NCBI GenBank assembly: GCA_030265395.1
Contig: JARFYF010000050.1
Location: forward strand, 4,344,730 to 4,408,729
DNA length: 64,000 nucleotides
Direction of reading: 5' to 3'
Origin: Rhina ancylostomus
Taxonomy: Eukaryota
The notes beneath the pieces are model-generated. The model made no database searches. It worked only from the letters and a program-made list of their open reading frames with translations, and was not told the origin of the DNA. The translations under genes were made by a program, and so were the position numbers. Shown here one piece after another: positions 1 through 12,799 of the stretch (position 1 is the stretch's first letter; the number at the start of each line of letters is the position of its first letter).

Positions 1-388
1 AGTGAAAAACTTGTCTTGCATACCGATCGTACTGGTCAATTCATTACACAGTGCAGTTACATTGAGTTAGTACAGAGCGCATTGAGGTAGTATAGGTAAA
101 AACAATAACAGTAGAGAGTAAAGTGTCACAGCTACAGAGAAAGTGCAGTGCAATATGGTGCAAGGTCACAGCAGGGTAGATTTTGAGGTCATAGTCCATC
201 TCATCGTATAAGAGAACCGTTCAATAGTCTTATCACAGTGAGGTAGAAGCTGTCCTTAAGTCTGGTGGAATGTGCCCTCAGGGTCCTGTATCTTCTACCT
301 GATAGGAGAGGAGAGAAGAGAGGATGACCCGGGTGGGTGGGGTCTTTGATTATACTGGCTGCTTCACCAAGGCAGTGAGAGGTAAAGT
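1..388 (-). mobile_element. Rex1/Babar-like LINE 3' end (5'-truncated, runs off window start)
   Basis: Minus strand reads ...ASIIKDPTHPGHPLFSPLLSGRRYRTLRAHSTRLKDSF..., the Rex1 ORF C-terminus; homologous to 45750-46110 in opposite orientation. Confidence 0.8.
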
Positions 389-394
389 GATTGG

Positions 395-635
395 AGGTGC
401 CTTCCTTCCAATGAACTGTTCATTGCAATTAGACTATCTGTCCTATCAATATTAACAATCTCTTAAAAAAGGCTAAGAGAGAATTCTTTCTGGTGTCCTG
501 GCTGTCATTTCCCATCAATGATCCAAATTTTTTTTAAAAAGTTGTTCATTCAGCATGTTGCTGTTCACTAACTCTTTGTACACTGACCTGCTGCATTAGC
601 TCTCCAGTGTTCTCCATCTTCAAGTGCTTGGAGGT
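395..635 (+). repeat. DeuSINE-like (SacSINE1/AmnSINE-type) fragment
   Basis: Degenerate match (ttctttctggtgtcctggc...catgttgctgtt...ctgctgcatt...cttcaagtgctt) to the reverse complement of copies at 21630-21900 and 26215-26400. Confidence 0.45.
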
Positions 636-914
636 ATTATAAACTGTTGACAGTATAGTTTCTGGCCTTGTGATGCAATCACCACACCACCTTCTTGCTG
701 GGATGCTGTCGATGCAGTGAATCTGTGGAACCCCTGAAATCCCAGTGATTTGTACATCAGCTGCTCTTCAACATTCTCTGTCAGTCAGAGTAGCACAGTG
801 TGGTTATATTATCACCCACTTTAACCTTGGTGGCTTGATTCAGCATTATCCCTGGGTTTTTTCTGGGTGTGAAATGGTGGTAATTTTTATCTCTGTCTCC
901 CTTGCATCCTCCAG

Positions 915-1049
915 TAAACTGAAGAACAGTGACAAAGATCGACGACTCTCAGTGGAGATCTGGGACTGGGATCGCACCACCAGGAATGACTTTATGGGTT
1001 CCTTGTCCTTTGGTGTGTCCGAGCTGATGAAGTCTGGGGCGTCTGGCTG
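915..1049 (+). CDS. PRKCA: Protein kinase C alpha, exon equivalent to human exon 7 (C2 domain, C-terminal half)
   Basis: tccag| acceptor, TG|gtacgt donor; 135 nt; encodes [44 protein letters not shown](W), the Ca2+-binding loop [11 protein letters not shown] of conventional PKC C2. Confidence 0.96.
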
Positions 1050-1094
1050 GTACGTGTCCCTCTGAGGCCAATGTGAATTAAACACTTTGCTCTG

Positions 1095-1422
1095 GAGGAT
1101 TAATGGTGTCATTGGAGTAGATAAAGGGAAACTCTATACTCTGTTGGAGGAGACCAGAACAAAGGCACATAGTCTTAAAAACTGGATCCCCATCTCGGTT
1201 CAGGGGTGAAGTCAGGAAGCCCACCTTAGGCAACAGATGGTGGGAACTTCAAACTCTCTCGCTCCAAAAAGCTGTTGTGGCTGGAGGTCAATTCATGTCA
1301 GATTATAGGTTTTGTTGGAGAAGACGTGATTGTGGAACCAAGGGAGGTAGAGGGAGTCAGACTACATTCTGGTTTGGATTAGGTGAAGGGGTTGAATGGC
1401 TAACTCCTTTTTCTGTGTTCCC
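1095..1422 (+). mobile_element. CR1-clade LINE 3' fragment
   Basis: Encodes ..VDKGKL..TRTKAHSLK.. (CR1 'TRGHSLK' motif) and ends in ggttgaatggctaactcct tail. Confidence 0.65.
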
Positions 1423-1449
1423 AAAATTGCACAAGGTGAAGCTTTAATT

Positions 1450-1570
1450 CAAGTAAAGTTAAGTTTATTGTCATATGCACAAGTATGGCGAGCTAGGGGT
1501 TCAATGAAAAACTTGCTTGCAGCAGCATCACAGGACACAGAACATGAGTTATAAAATTATTCAAGACAGC
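1450..1570 (-). mobile_element. Rex1-like LINE 3' UTR tail fragment
   Basis: aagtttattgtcatatgcac...aatgaaaaacttgcttgcagc resembles the tails at 1-25 and 46080-46135 (reverse complement). Confidence 0.45.
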
Positions 1571-2448
1571 TAGCATCCCATAGGCCTTCTTAACTGCCCT
1601 ATCCACCTGCGAGGCAACTTTCAGTGAACTGTGAATATGAACCCNNNNNNNNNNNNNNNNNNNNNNNNNNNNNNNNNNNNNNNNNNNNNNNNNNNNNNNN
1701 NNNNNNNNNNNNNNNNNNNNNNNNNNNNNNNNNNNNNNNNNNNNNNNNNNNNNNNNNNNNNNNNNNNNNNNNNNNNNNNNNNNNNNNNNNNNNNNNNNNN
1801 NNNNNNNNNNNNNNNNNNNNNNNNNNNNNNNNNNNNNNNNNNNNNNNNNNNNNNNNNNNNNNNNNNNNNNNNNNNNNNNNNNNNNNNNNNNNNNNNNNNN
1901 NNNNNNNNNNNNNNNNNNNNNNNNNNNNNNNNNNNNNNNNNNNNNNNNNNNNNNNNNNNNNNNNNNNNNNNNNNNNNNNNNNNNNNNNNNNNNNNNNNNN
2001 NNNNNNNNATATTCGCAGACCCATTCTTCACAATGCTGGGACCAGACAGAATTTCCTGTTTCTCAAAGCATAACTTTATGTACAGCCTGGGGTACCTTAC
2101 CTGGAATGTGACTACATATGTTGGGTTAGGCGGGGTCACCCATGGAAAAAAGTTCAAGTCCTTGGGCTCAGGTTAGGTTCACGATGGCTCTGGTTAGGTC
2201 GGATTTGAGTTGTGTTTTAACTTTATACCCAAGCAGGCCTCTACTGCACCTCACTGTCCACTTACTTTTGTCTTTGCAGCTCTCACTTTCTCTGTCAGTT
2301 TGTGCTGGCCGCTGTTTCCATGTCATTGCTTATGTAATAGTGTAGCTTCATAATTTGCTCTTTTGTGATCTGATGACTGTTGGTCCACCAGTCTCCTCTC
2401 ATATTTTAACTGGCAGCAGTAATCTTACCCTCTGTCCCTCTCCCATAG

Positions 2449-2539
2449 GTTCAAGCTGCTTAGCCAAGAAGAAGGAGAGTACTACAATGTTCCCATAATG
2501 GAGGATAACGGGGATTCTGAACTTCACCAGAAATTTGAG
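2449..2539 (+). CDS. PRKCA: PKC alpha exon (human exon 8 equivalent; end of C2, start of V3 hinge)
   Basis: Pyrimidine tract + catag| acceptor, GAG|gtgaga donor; 91 nt; (W)[30 protein letters not shown]; phase matches previous exon; not in ORF track. Confidence 0.95.
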
Positions 2540-3784
2540 GTGAGACCTACTAAGTGTGGATTCCTTTCCCTCGCCCATCATTGAGTGGGATTCAGTGTGG
2601 GGTTGTTTTCAGTCTGACTTTTCAGGAATGGTGTTCTGAGATTTCACAAAGGGTCAAGTGTTTTTCAAACAACTAGACACTTGGTGATCACAATTTAATC
2701 TCATACGTTTGAGGGTGGGAAGATCGGAGAGGGGTCCAAGGAGGTGTGGGTGAGGGAGGGAATGTAAGGAAGAATCAGTGGGGCAGAACATATGTGCCTA
2801 AGCTGACCTACTTGTATGTGTGAGTGTTTACATGTCAACAGGAGTTTGTGCACATGCCCTTGCATGCTTCCACATATGTATGTATATTAATATATATATG
2901 AGTAGAGCCCAATCTGCAGTCAGTGTGGACTCCCTTACCATTTGGACCAAGACTTCACTCTTTCCAGTCTACATGGAAACTGTTGTCTAGCACTCACCCC
3001 AGGTTAAAGAAAATCATGCACAAGCTTCTTTCACTCTGCGCCTGGAGTTTGGAATCTGGAACACTGGGATTTTCGTGGACAACTCCAAGAGCAGCAGACT
3101 TGAACATTGCTGTATTCTCATAGCCAAGGAACTTGAAAGCTCTGACACTGACATGTTGGGCCGGAGATAGCCAGTTCAATGAACAAGGCAGTGGGTACAC
3201 CTTCTGGAAGCGCAAACCCAAAGTGGTATGCAGTCTTTACGGGTTGACTTTCACCTTCAAGGATAAGAAAACCTGGCCTCTCAGGGGCTCCTTTGGAATC
3301 AGCAACATCTCAAGACCTTCCCAATCACTCGCATGCAGAACCGGCATACTGCTATCCTCAGTGTGTATGTTCCAGCCTCAGAAGTTACAGATCAAAGTGT
3401 CTGCAAGTCGGACACAGGCATGTCTACCCTCCACAAAAGCCTTCGTACCCATAACATTTTTTATGGTAAGTAAGATTCCTATCCCAAAGTGGTTGTCTTG
3501 GATGGGAGGGGAATGGGAAGAGGCCCTAAACTTGAATGAGGCTCTTCTTGTTCTGAGTTGAAGAGATTAAAGACATCACATTGGATATAATTTACAAATT
3601 TGTATGTGTCACATGAAACATTGTGATCACAGCTCTTGGAAGTGCAGCAAGAGTGGTGGTCACAACACAACTGGCACCAGGTGGCTCAGAGTGAGCCAGA
3701 GAGGTCAGTGAACTTCTGAGGCCCAGGGGTGTTATGTTAAATATATGCTATATACTGGCTGTACACAAGTACTGTAGATGAATA

Positions 3785-3990
3785 ACAAACAGAAAATATT
3801 AGAATTTGTCAGCAGTTCAGTATAATCTGCGGAGAAAGAAACTGTTGACCTTTTAGATGGATGACCTTTCATCAGAATGATGATGAAAGATCAATCAACT
3901 CAAAACATTAACTCTGATTCTCTCTCCATAGATGCTACCTGACCTGCTTCGTAATTCCAGCCCTTCCAGATTTTATTTCAGATGTCCAAT
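3785..3990. mobile_element. Inverted pair of Penelope-like terminal (pLTR) fragments forming an imperfect palindrome
   Basis: ctttcatca (3866-3874) / tgatgaaag (3881-3889) centre; arms (cagcag..atctgcggagaaagaa / ttctctctccatagatg..ctgct) extend about 90 nt each side. Confidence 0.7.
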
Positions 3991-4049
3991 TTGTTTTTTG
4001 TTTACTGTATGTATCCTGTCCACCATCCTTGTTTTTCATCCTGGAGGAT

Positions 4050-4410
4050 GGTAGACAATGATGCTCCTACCTATTAGGCATTGGTGCTCAGGGTAAACTT
4101 CTCTAATCTGCAGATGATGCAAGACTTTGGCAAAATAATCATGAGGAATATAGTAACAGACTGCACGAGGGCAGAGGTAGGCTGGTGAAATTTAATGCAG
4201 AGGAATATGAAGTTGTACACTATGGGAGAAAAAATAAAGGTAAAAATAAAATTGACTGCATGTGATAATTTTAAAGGGTAAAGGGAGTGCAGGACAGAGG
4301 GACCTGGATATACATGCAAATAAATCTTTGAAAGTGGCATGGCATGTTGTGAGAGTAGTTAGCAAAGCACAAAGGATCGTGGGATTCATAAGTAGGGAGA
4401 TTATCACCCC
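4050..4410 (+). mobile_element. CR1-clade LINE RT fragment, degenerate
   Basis: ctgcagatgatgcaagactt (FADD.K-like), W.V.FN.., EQRDLG-like cagagggacctgga. Confidence 0.6.
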
Positions 4411-5744
4411 AATTCAGACAGCGTTACACACCAGAAGTGCCCTGCTGAACCTCTTGATGTGTCACTGCCTTAAAATGCACATGTTGAAATGTTTACTTGT
4501 CCCAATATTTACTTTCAGCACATTCAAACTTTGTGTATGACTCTATGATTATTTATGATAAGATTAAAAAAGGTGAGGCAAATTGGAAATAATTCAGAAC
4601 TTCCTGTGTTAAATGGTGGCGATGAAAAAAATACAGCCTCAAAAATTTTGATTTTAAAAAACATTTGTCCCGGCAGAATGGAATTGGCTTAAAATTCAGC
4701 AGATTATGAAGAAATAGAGATGGAGTTGGGAACAAGAATCTTAAAAACAAGGTCCTGATGAACGATTGGAAGGAGGGAGAGGGCTGAGGGTGAGGTGGCA
4801 TTGGGAAGGAATGAAATAACCCCAATGTTCATTCATCTTTCAACAATGGAGCAGATTCCCGTTTGCTCCAAGATCACTGGCTGCATGACCCTGTGCTTTG
4901 TCTTTGTTCCACGTGACCACCAAGGCAAACTACTACTGGGATCCTGGCTTGGGCCCTTTGACTTGGCCCAGAACAGCATGGGAGCTGTCTCAGTACAGGC
5001 AGCCACCCACGCCCACAGTACAGCCTTGACATCCAGTGAGGGTCCACTCGTACTCAGGGACCGTCAGTGCAACTGGGGCCTCTGAACTTTTGTGGACATC
5101 TTTGACATTTAGTAATGCTGAGGACTCATAAAAACATTAAATGTAACAGTACATAAAAATAATTTGTAGCTATTTAAAACCCAACAAGCCATCTTGTGCA
5201 CTACAATACCAACTACAGTCAGTAAAGCTAACAAAGAAATTACAAAAATACTAGTACTTGGTTTACCTGCTCCTGAAAGCTAATATCTGTCTAATGACAC
5301 TTGGTTTAACCAGACGCAGGCAGACTTCCCAACCCGACAGCCAGGGGACTGTGGAGGACTGCTTCCCTGTTCTTTTTGTCCATGAGGAGTCCACCTAAGC
5401 AGCACAGGTGGCAGGTTGGGAGATGCCACCATCAGTGTAGACCAATGTTGGGGATATCGAGCTAAGTCCCAGTATTAGTGTTGGCATCTGGATGGAAAAT
5501 CTCCTGCAGTATGTTGTTCCTGTATTCTTTGTCCAGTTCAGCAACACCAATTACTCATGATTCTAGATGCTTCTTGACTTCCAACAATTAATAACTGCCT
5601 GGGGATTGAAATCAAGTTGACCTTATGGTTAGGCACAGTTACACAAAATTTACAGCTCAGAAACAGGCCATTTGGCCCAAATGGTCCATGTAGGTAAGTA
5701 TGGTCCAAGTGAGCTTACTTCTGTCAGTGATTTAAACATTTCCA

Positions 5745-8125
5745 AGAGTCATAGAGCACTACAGCACAGAAACAGGCCTTTCGGCCCATCTAGTCCATGC
5801 TGGCCTGGTTTTCTGCCTAGTTCCATCTCCCTGAATCTGGACCATAGCCCTCCATAGCTCTCATGTACCTATGCAAACCTCTAAATGTTGCAAATGAACC
5901 CGCATCCACCACTTCTGCTGGCAGTTCATTCCACACTCACACCACCCTCTGAGTGAAGTAGTTTCCCTTTCAGATTCCCCTTACATATTCACCTTTCACC
6001 CTAAAGGCATGAGCTCTAGCTCTAGTCACACCCAGCCTGAGGGGAAAAAGCTTGCGTGCATTCACCTGATCTATACCCCTCATAATTTTGTATACTTCCA
6101 TGAGATCTCCCCTCATTCTGCTGCACTCAAGGGAATAAAATCCTCATCTATTCAACCTTTCCCTATAACTCAGGTCCTCAAGTCATGACAACATCAGTGT
6201 ATGTTTTTCCTGCACTCTTTCAAGCTTATTGATTTCTTTCCTGTAGGTAGGTGACTGGAACTGCACACAATACTCTAAATTTGGCCTCACCAACGTTTTG
6301 TACAACTTCAGTATAACATCTCAACTCCTGTACTCTGCCCTGATTTATGAAGGCCAAAGTGCCAAAAGTTCTCTTTACAACCCTATCTACCTGCAATGCC
6401 ACTTTCAAGGAATTATGGATCTATATTCCCAGGTCCCTTTGTTCTACTGCATATCTCAGTGCCTTCCCATTCCGTAAGTCTTACCCTGGTTTATCCTCCC
6501 AAAGTGCGTCACCTCACACTTTGGTTCCATCTGCCATTTATCAGCCCATTTTCGCAGCTGGTCCAGATCACGCTGTGAGCTTTGATAGCCTTCCTCACTG
6601 TCCACTACACCCCCAATCTTGGTGTCATCTGCAAATTGGCTGATCCAGTTTACCACATTATCATTATCCGTTGTTATTTATCATTTATATTAAATCATTA
6701 ATATAGATGATGAACAACAACAGAACCAGCACCGATCCCTGAAGCACACCACTAGTCACAGTCCTCCAATCAGAGAGACAGTCATCTATTACCACTCTCT
6801 GGCTTCTCCCACTAAGCCAACGTTGAATTCAAGTGACTATTTCATCCTGAATGCCAAGCGACTTAACCTTCTGGAGCAGCTTCCCATGTGGGACTTTGTC
6901 AAAGGTCTTGCTAAAGTCCATGTAAACAACGTCCACCACCTTCCCTTCATCAACCTTCTTGGTAACCTCCTTGAAAAATTTTAATAGATTGTGCGTGGCA
7001 GGTCATGTCTAACCAAAGCCATGTTGACAATCCCTAATCAGGCCCTGTCTATCCAAATATTTATGTATCCTGTCCGTCAGAATACCTTCCGATAATTTAC
7101 CCGTGACTGAGGTCATGCTCACCGGCCTATAATTTCCTGGCTTATTCTTAGAGCCTTTCTTAAACAAAGGAATAACATTAGCTATCCTCCAGTCCTCCAG
7201 CACCTCTCCCGTGTCTAAGGACGTTCTAAGTATCTCTGCCGGGGCCCTGCAATTTCTGCACTAGCCTCCAACAAGGTCCAAGGGGACACCTCATCAGGCC
7301 CTGGGGATTTATCCACCCGAATTTGCCTCAAGACAGCAAGCACCTCCTCTTCCATAATCTGGATACAGTCCTTGACTTTGCTACTCTTTTTCCTCAGTTC
7401 TATGGACTCTGTGTCTATCTCCCAAGTAAACACAGATGCAAAAAATCCATTTAAAATCTCCCCCATCTCTTTTGGCTCCATGCATAGATGACCACGCTGA
7501 TCTTCAAGAAGGCCAATCTTGTGTCTTGCTATCCTTTTGCTCTTAATATAGCTACAGACACACTTTGGATTCTCTTTCACCTTGTCTGTCAGACCAACTT
7601 CATGTCCTCTTTTAGCCCTCCTGATTTCTCTCTTCAGTGTTCTCTTGTTTCTTATACACAAGTGTCTCATTTGATCCAAACTGCTTATACCTGATATGCA
7701 CCTTTTTTTTAAACCAGGACCTCAATATCCCTCGATAAACAAGATTCCCTAAACCTGTTAGCCTAGCCTTATAGCCTAACAGGATATTACAGATTCCGTA
7801 CTCTCAATATTTCACTCTTGAAGGCCTCCCACTTACCAAGCATCTCTTTGCCAGAAAACAACCTATTCCAATCCACGCCTGCCAGATCCATTATGCCATC
7901 AAAATTGGCCTTGCTCCAGTTTAGAATCTTAACCCAAGTACCAGTCTTATCCTTTTCCATAATTATCTTGAAACTAATGGAATTATGATCACTGGATCCA
8001 AAGTGTTCTCCTGCACTCATTTCTGTCACCTGCCCCATCTGTCATCACACTCTCTCAAGTTGGGACCTGTACATATTGATAAAGGAAACTTTCCTGAATG
8101 CATTTGACAAACTTGATCCCATCCT
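5745..8125 (-). mobile_element. CR1-clade (HER1-like) LINE, 2.4 kb ORF2 remnant with stops/frameshifts
   Basis: Minus-strand ORFs: GEHFGSSDHNSISF (endonuclease end), KSPGPDE, DWRIANVIPLFKKG..PGNYRPVS, QHGF, FADDTKIGG; 3' tail agagtcatagag.acagcacagaaacaggcc. Confidence 0.92.
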
Positions 8126-9439
8126 TTGTCCATCCTTATCTAATTTTCCCTTGTATGTTGTTTGTCTCAACCACACAGTGAGGAAGAGAATGTGAAATTC
8201 TAACCACTGCTGAGGTCAGGAACTTTCTCCTAGATTCTCTGCTAAATTTATTAATGGCTATTCTTTATTCATGTGCTTATTTGTTTTCTTATTTTGGTCT
8301 CCTCCACAAGGGGAAATAAATTCTCAGCATTTCCCTATCAAACTATTTCCATAATATTAATGGTTTCTGTCCCCCTCAGTCCTCTCCTCTCCAGAATAGA
8401 GCCACAGACTGTTCAACGCTTTCTCATATTTACAACCTATTTAGCTCCAGTCCAACTGCTGAACCCATAATACAGCCCAGTATAACCAGCACAATTGTTA
8501 TTGGACTAGTGGTCTGTATTATGACATTTTCAGACAGTTACCTTAAGCACTAGCCCGTCAGAAAAGGAGTAAATGCTGTACATCACACAGGACAGCATTT
8601 ACTGTGGAATGGGACATCTTGTATTTGAACTTCCTGCCTTTTTCAAGACATTGATAGACATTGATTCTCTTTAGTCATTGGGAGAGTTTGCAATACTTGC
8701 TTCCTGGCAACAAAATGTAAACAGCTTTAGGTCAATCACCTGTCAGAACCAGGCAGCTGTAGAATAAAGGTAGCTGATTTAAAGCTTGCCAATAAAAAAA
8801 TTTTTATAAGGAACTCTGTAACCTCACTCTATCTCCATCCTGTCAGCTGTCTGAATCATTAAAAACTCCTTAGAGTTTCCTGAGTGCACATAAATACTGT
8901 GTGTTAAAGATTGCCTCCACAACCATTGCCAACAATGTAATGGGAATATCAACAGCCCAATAAGCTGGGTCACTGAAACATTTCAAGATCTGTTCTGTTC
9001 CCAGTAATGTCCAGACTGCCACATGCAGGGATCACTGAATAATTCAGGGTAACTGAAGCACTCTTATTTTTCAGCTGAGGTGAATACTCCAACCAGGTGT
9101 ATGGGAAAAGAGATGTGAATAGATTGTTTTGTGAACAAGCTAGCAGGGAGTTGGCTGTAAGCAGTGCATTCAGGTCAATAAATCAATTGGACCAAAAAAT
9201 GTTTTATTGTAATTTTTGGAACTGTGGGCATTGCTGCAGCATCTATTGTCTATCCTTACTTGTCTCCTTTCTTCAGCTGTTGCAATTTGTCCTTTTTACT
9301 ATTTCTTACTGTAAGTACTGCTGCACTTTTCCACACAAATGGAGAGGATTCCACCATTCAACGTTTACCACAACACTATCACTTGGTCTCTTTATAAACG
9401 CACACACTTCAAACTTAGGTGGGGAAAGAAACTTCAATT

Positions 9440-10360
9440 GCTGGAAGTCTGAGATAAAAACATAAAATACTGGAAACATTCAGCAGGTCAGGCTGCATCT
9501 GTGGAAAGTTAGATGATTAGCGTTTCTGACGACAGGTCCTTTGTTAGAACAGGAAACGAGTGAACGTGGTAGTTTTAAGTTGCAGAGAAAGTTGAGGGAG
9601 GGATGCGCAGGACAAAGGGAATATCTGTGATAGTGTGAGGCCAGGATTTTCATGGGGATGAGCTTCATAGGTTTAAAAACAAGAATGTGAACAAATGAAT
9701 ATAAAAGCTATGAAAAGGGCAAGAAAGAAAACACAACGAAATGTGAAAGTTGTGAAACGCAGAGCTAGAAAGAAATGCTCAGCTGATCAAGTGGAGCCAG
9801 TAAAGAGAGAAAACTGAACCCGTATTGAAGATGAATGACCTAAAGCAGAACCACCCAATTCTCATACAGACAGACAGTATGAATTACCTGAAGTTGCTGA
9901 GTTCAGTATTCATTCTGGAAGGCTGCAATGTGTTAGGATGGAAGATGAGGTTCCTCAAGTTTGCATTGGGTCTTGTTATAGCAGTGCAGGAGGCCACAGA
10001 CAGATAGGTGTGAGCGGGGTGGAGAATTAAAGTGGAACACACAAGGAAGCCTTGGTCCTGGTGCTCAGCAAAGTGGTCACCCAATAAGGACACATTGTGA
10101 GCACTAAATGCTGTCCATTAAATTGGCAGATCTGTAAATGAGTTGCTGCTTCACCTGGAATGACTGTTTGGGTCCCTGGATGGTAGGAAGGGAAGAGTAA
10201 AAAGACAGGTGTTCCATCTCATACACCATGCTCCGCTCCCCTCTTCTGAACCCAGCATTCTGAAGGGACCATTCCCTTAGTGACTCCCTGGTCCACTCTT
10301 CCATTTCCACCAACCACTCTCCTTCACACAGCACTTTCCCATGCAACCACAAAGACTGAA
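9440..10360 (-). mobile_element. Penelope-like element (GIY-YIG endonuclease end + terminal repeat) with inverted 5' segment (10230-10360)
   Basis: Minus: TIQGPKQSFQVKQ..SANL, HFAEH, LIFHPNTLQPSRMNTELSNF; plus 10250-10355: (F)*RDHSLSDSLVHSS..TFPCNHK. Confidence 0.8.
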
Positions 10361-10705
10361 GGGTGATCTGGTTGGGGTATACAAAACTAAGGGATATAGG
10401 TAGAGTCGATGGTGAGAAACTTTTCTCCTTAGCGGAGGTGTCTATAACCAACGGGTGTTGGGTAAGGGAAGCGGGAAGGGATTTAGAAGGATTTGACGGA
10501 GCATTTTTTTCACCGAGAGAGTGGTTGGGGTCTTGAACACACTGTCTAAGAGAGTAGTGAAGCCAGGTACTCGCACAGTATTTAAGAAATATTTATATGA
10601 ACACTTGAATCAGACCAATTACTGGAAAATGGGATTAGTATAGATAGCCACAATGGCTTGCATGGACAGGGTGGGCCAAGGGGCCTGTTTCCATTGCTGT
10701 ATGAC
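10360..10705 (+). mobile_element. CR1-clade LINE 3' end
   Basis: (R)GDL..VYK..G.VDGEKLF; FFTERVVG; tail gggccaaggggcctgtttcc..tgctgtatgac. Confidence 0.8.
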
Positions 10706-10749
10706 CAGCTGCTCAGTTCTGCTGTATTGTCATCCATCTGCAACATTGG

Positions 10750-11115
10750 CTCAGGTGTTCTGTCTCTCCACTAGCACAGCTTGACCTACTGGGTATTTCC
10801 TTCTGCGCTACATTCTGCAGCTTTTATGTCTGTTTCGTTTTTATTCTCTCTGTAACTTTCATCATTAACTTATCAATTGGGCAACTTCATCTCCTGCTTA
10901 TTCCTATGCAACCCTGGTCTCACCCATCAGCGATATTCCTTCTGTCCTGACCTTCTGTGCAATTTAAAATGACCTTGTTTTACTTCTTCCCCAAATATGA
11001 TGAAGGGTCTTAGAGCTGAAATTTGAATTGTTTTTCTTTCCAACAAATGCTGCCTGAACTGTTGAGTGTTTCCAGCAATTTGAGTTTTTATTTTTGTATT
11101 TCCAACATCTGCAGT
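10750..11115 (+). mobile_element. Penelope-derived terminal repeat with degenerate hammerhead-like motif
   Basis: atgatgaagggtcttagagctgaaa...ttccaacaaatgctgcctgaactgttgagtgtttccagca..ttccaacatctgcag; same family as 9440-9700 in opposite orientation. Confidence 0.65.
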
Positions 11116-11679
11116 TATGTTTGATTTTTCAGGCAATAGAATGTAGTTTCCCAAAGCTGAACCAACATAAGGAAAGTTATAAATTATATGTGTTTCGCAT
11201 ATTGAATAATTTAAGGAACTTAGAGTAGAAGATACAGGGCGTGTGACACGTTGTATACCATTTACTGTGACAAAAATGAAAACCAACAGAAATGCAGGTA
11301 CTGGAAGAGTCTGCAGTTCATTTTAAATTTTCATTAACTTGTTGAAATTATTGCCACTTCCAGGAATGCCTAACCTTAAAAGTCTCTGCTCTTTGATCGG
11401 ATTTCTTTCTGTCTCCCTTGCCTTGTTCACCCTCAGTGATTTCTGTTTCCTTTCTTGTCTTTGATAAGATATTGACCAAAACCTGCTTCCACAGCCACAT
11501 CTCTTTCCTTATCTCCAGCACTCGTGAAGATCCAGGCTCAAAAGGACTATAGCCACATGAAGGGTAGGATAGCCTCACAGTACCAGTTGCAGGGGGCTTG
11601 ATCATAAGCGTGCAGTTCTACTGCTCTCCCTCTGTAAATCTGTCAGCATTTAGAGGGAAAATAAAAAACAATCTAGATA

Positions 11680-11960
11680 TTTATTATCCCCAGCCACATC
11701 CTCAATAGCCAAAGTACTTCACAGTCACTGAATTACTTCTGACATGCAATTACTTCTGTTATGTAGACAATCATGGTAATAAATCTCGCCCCAATGAGGT
11801 CTTGCAAACAGCAGACCAGCCAGTTAAACTGTTTCTCAGTTGAGGAATTGAGGTTGACAAGGACACCAGCACTGTTTGCCATTGCAGTACTGTCATTGGT
11901 TCTCTTGAGCGAAAAGGCAAATAGGTTCAGTTCAATATCATCCCAAGGGCCAGACTTCTG
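11680..11960 (-). repeat. DeuSINE-like fragment
   Basis: ccaaagtacttcacagtcactgaattactt..ggacaccagcac..ggttcagttcaatatcatcc; similar to 21630-21900. Confidence 0.5.
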
Positions 11961-12250
11961 TCAACTTGCATTTATAAAGTGCCTTTAATATGGTGGAATG
12001 TCCCTCGATGCTTTGCAGGAGGGAGTATTGAACAAAGTTTGACACCTTGCCATGTATTAGGTAAAGTGTGCAATAGCTGAGTCAGAGAAGTAAGATTTAA
12101 ATAGCAGCTTAAAGTAAGGGAGAGAGGCACAGAGATTTCAGGAGAGAATTCCAGCAAGCAGGAACTTTGCAGTGAAAGTCACAGACACTAACGCTGAAGT
12201 AGGGAAAGCTGATGCACAAAGCTGAAGAAATGCAGCAGTCTCAGAGAACT
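11960..12250 (-). mobile_element. L2-clade LINE 3' fragment
   Basis: caacttgcatttataaagtgccttt..gtccctcgatgcttt tail followed by cagcttaaag..ggagagaattccagc; second copy 28795-29450. Confidence 0.55.
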
Positions 12251-12799
12251 TCCTGGCCAATGGGGGAGACAGGAGCCTGAACCCAAACCCTTCAAAGTGT
12301 CAAGAGGCAAGAAAATTATTCAAAGTGGCACTGTCGTTGAAACTATTTGACAATGTACTATGCCGGAGTTTAATTTTGAACTCTTGATCGAATTGAACAG
12401 TATTGTGTTCCTGTGGCAAAATGGATACTGAAGAAGGCAGACCAGTCTGACTTGTTTTGTGTTGTCCTTGCAATTGTCTGATACTTCCATGAATTTCTCC
12501 TGAGAATATTTCCCAACATCAAGAGGCAACTGTGCTCTTCAGCTAACAGCAAGTGGTAACGGTCCACAGGGCAGCAATGAACCACCGGAGGGCAGCATGA
12601 GAACACAAGATTAAATGACAGAAAACATTGGCTTAAACATCAAATTTCTAAAGTTCAGGAATGACAAATAGAACATTTTTATTATATCCTTGACTGAAAA
12701 AAGTGAATATAGGAACACGGTTCAAACTGATCTATTTGTACCTGACCTTTACATTTATAGCACCCCGTGAATCACAACTTGTCCTGTTTATTCAGATAC

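Noticed and set aside
745-1065. 106-aa ORF as a standalone gene (likewise 23561-23746, 44095-44319, 49599-49793)
   Set aside because: Only the central parts are PKC exons bounded by splice sites; flanks are intron read-through
1599-2176. Long ORFs full of X (also 30371-31034, 36562-37486, 51758-51983, 52436-52920)
   Set aside because: Artefacts of translating N gaps
3133-3561. 142-aa ORF and other 60-130-aa intronic ORFs as nested genes
   Set aside because: No recognisable domain, coding pattern or exon structure; expected by chance or antisense to LINE remnants
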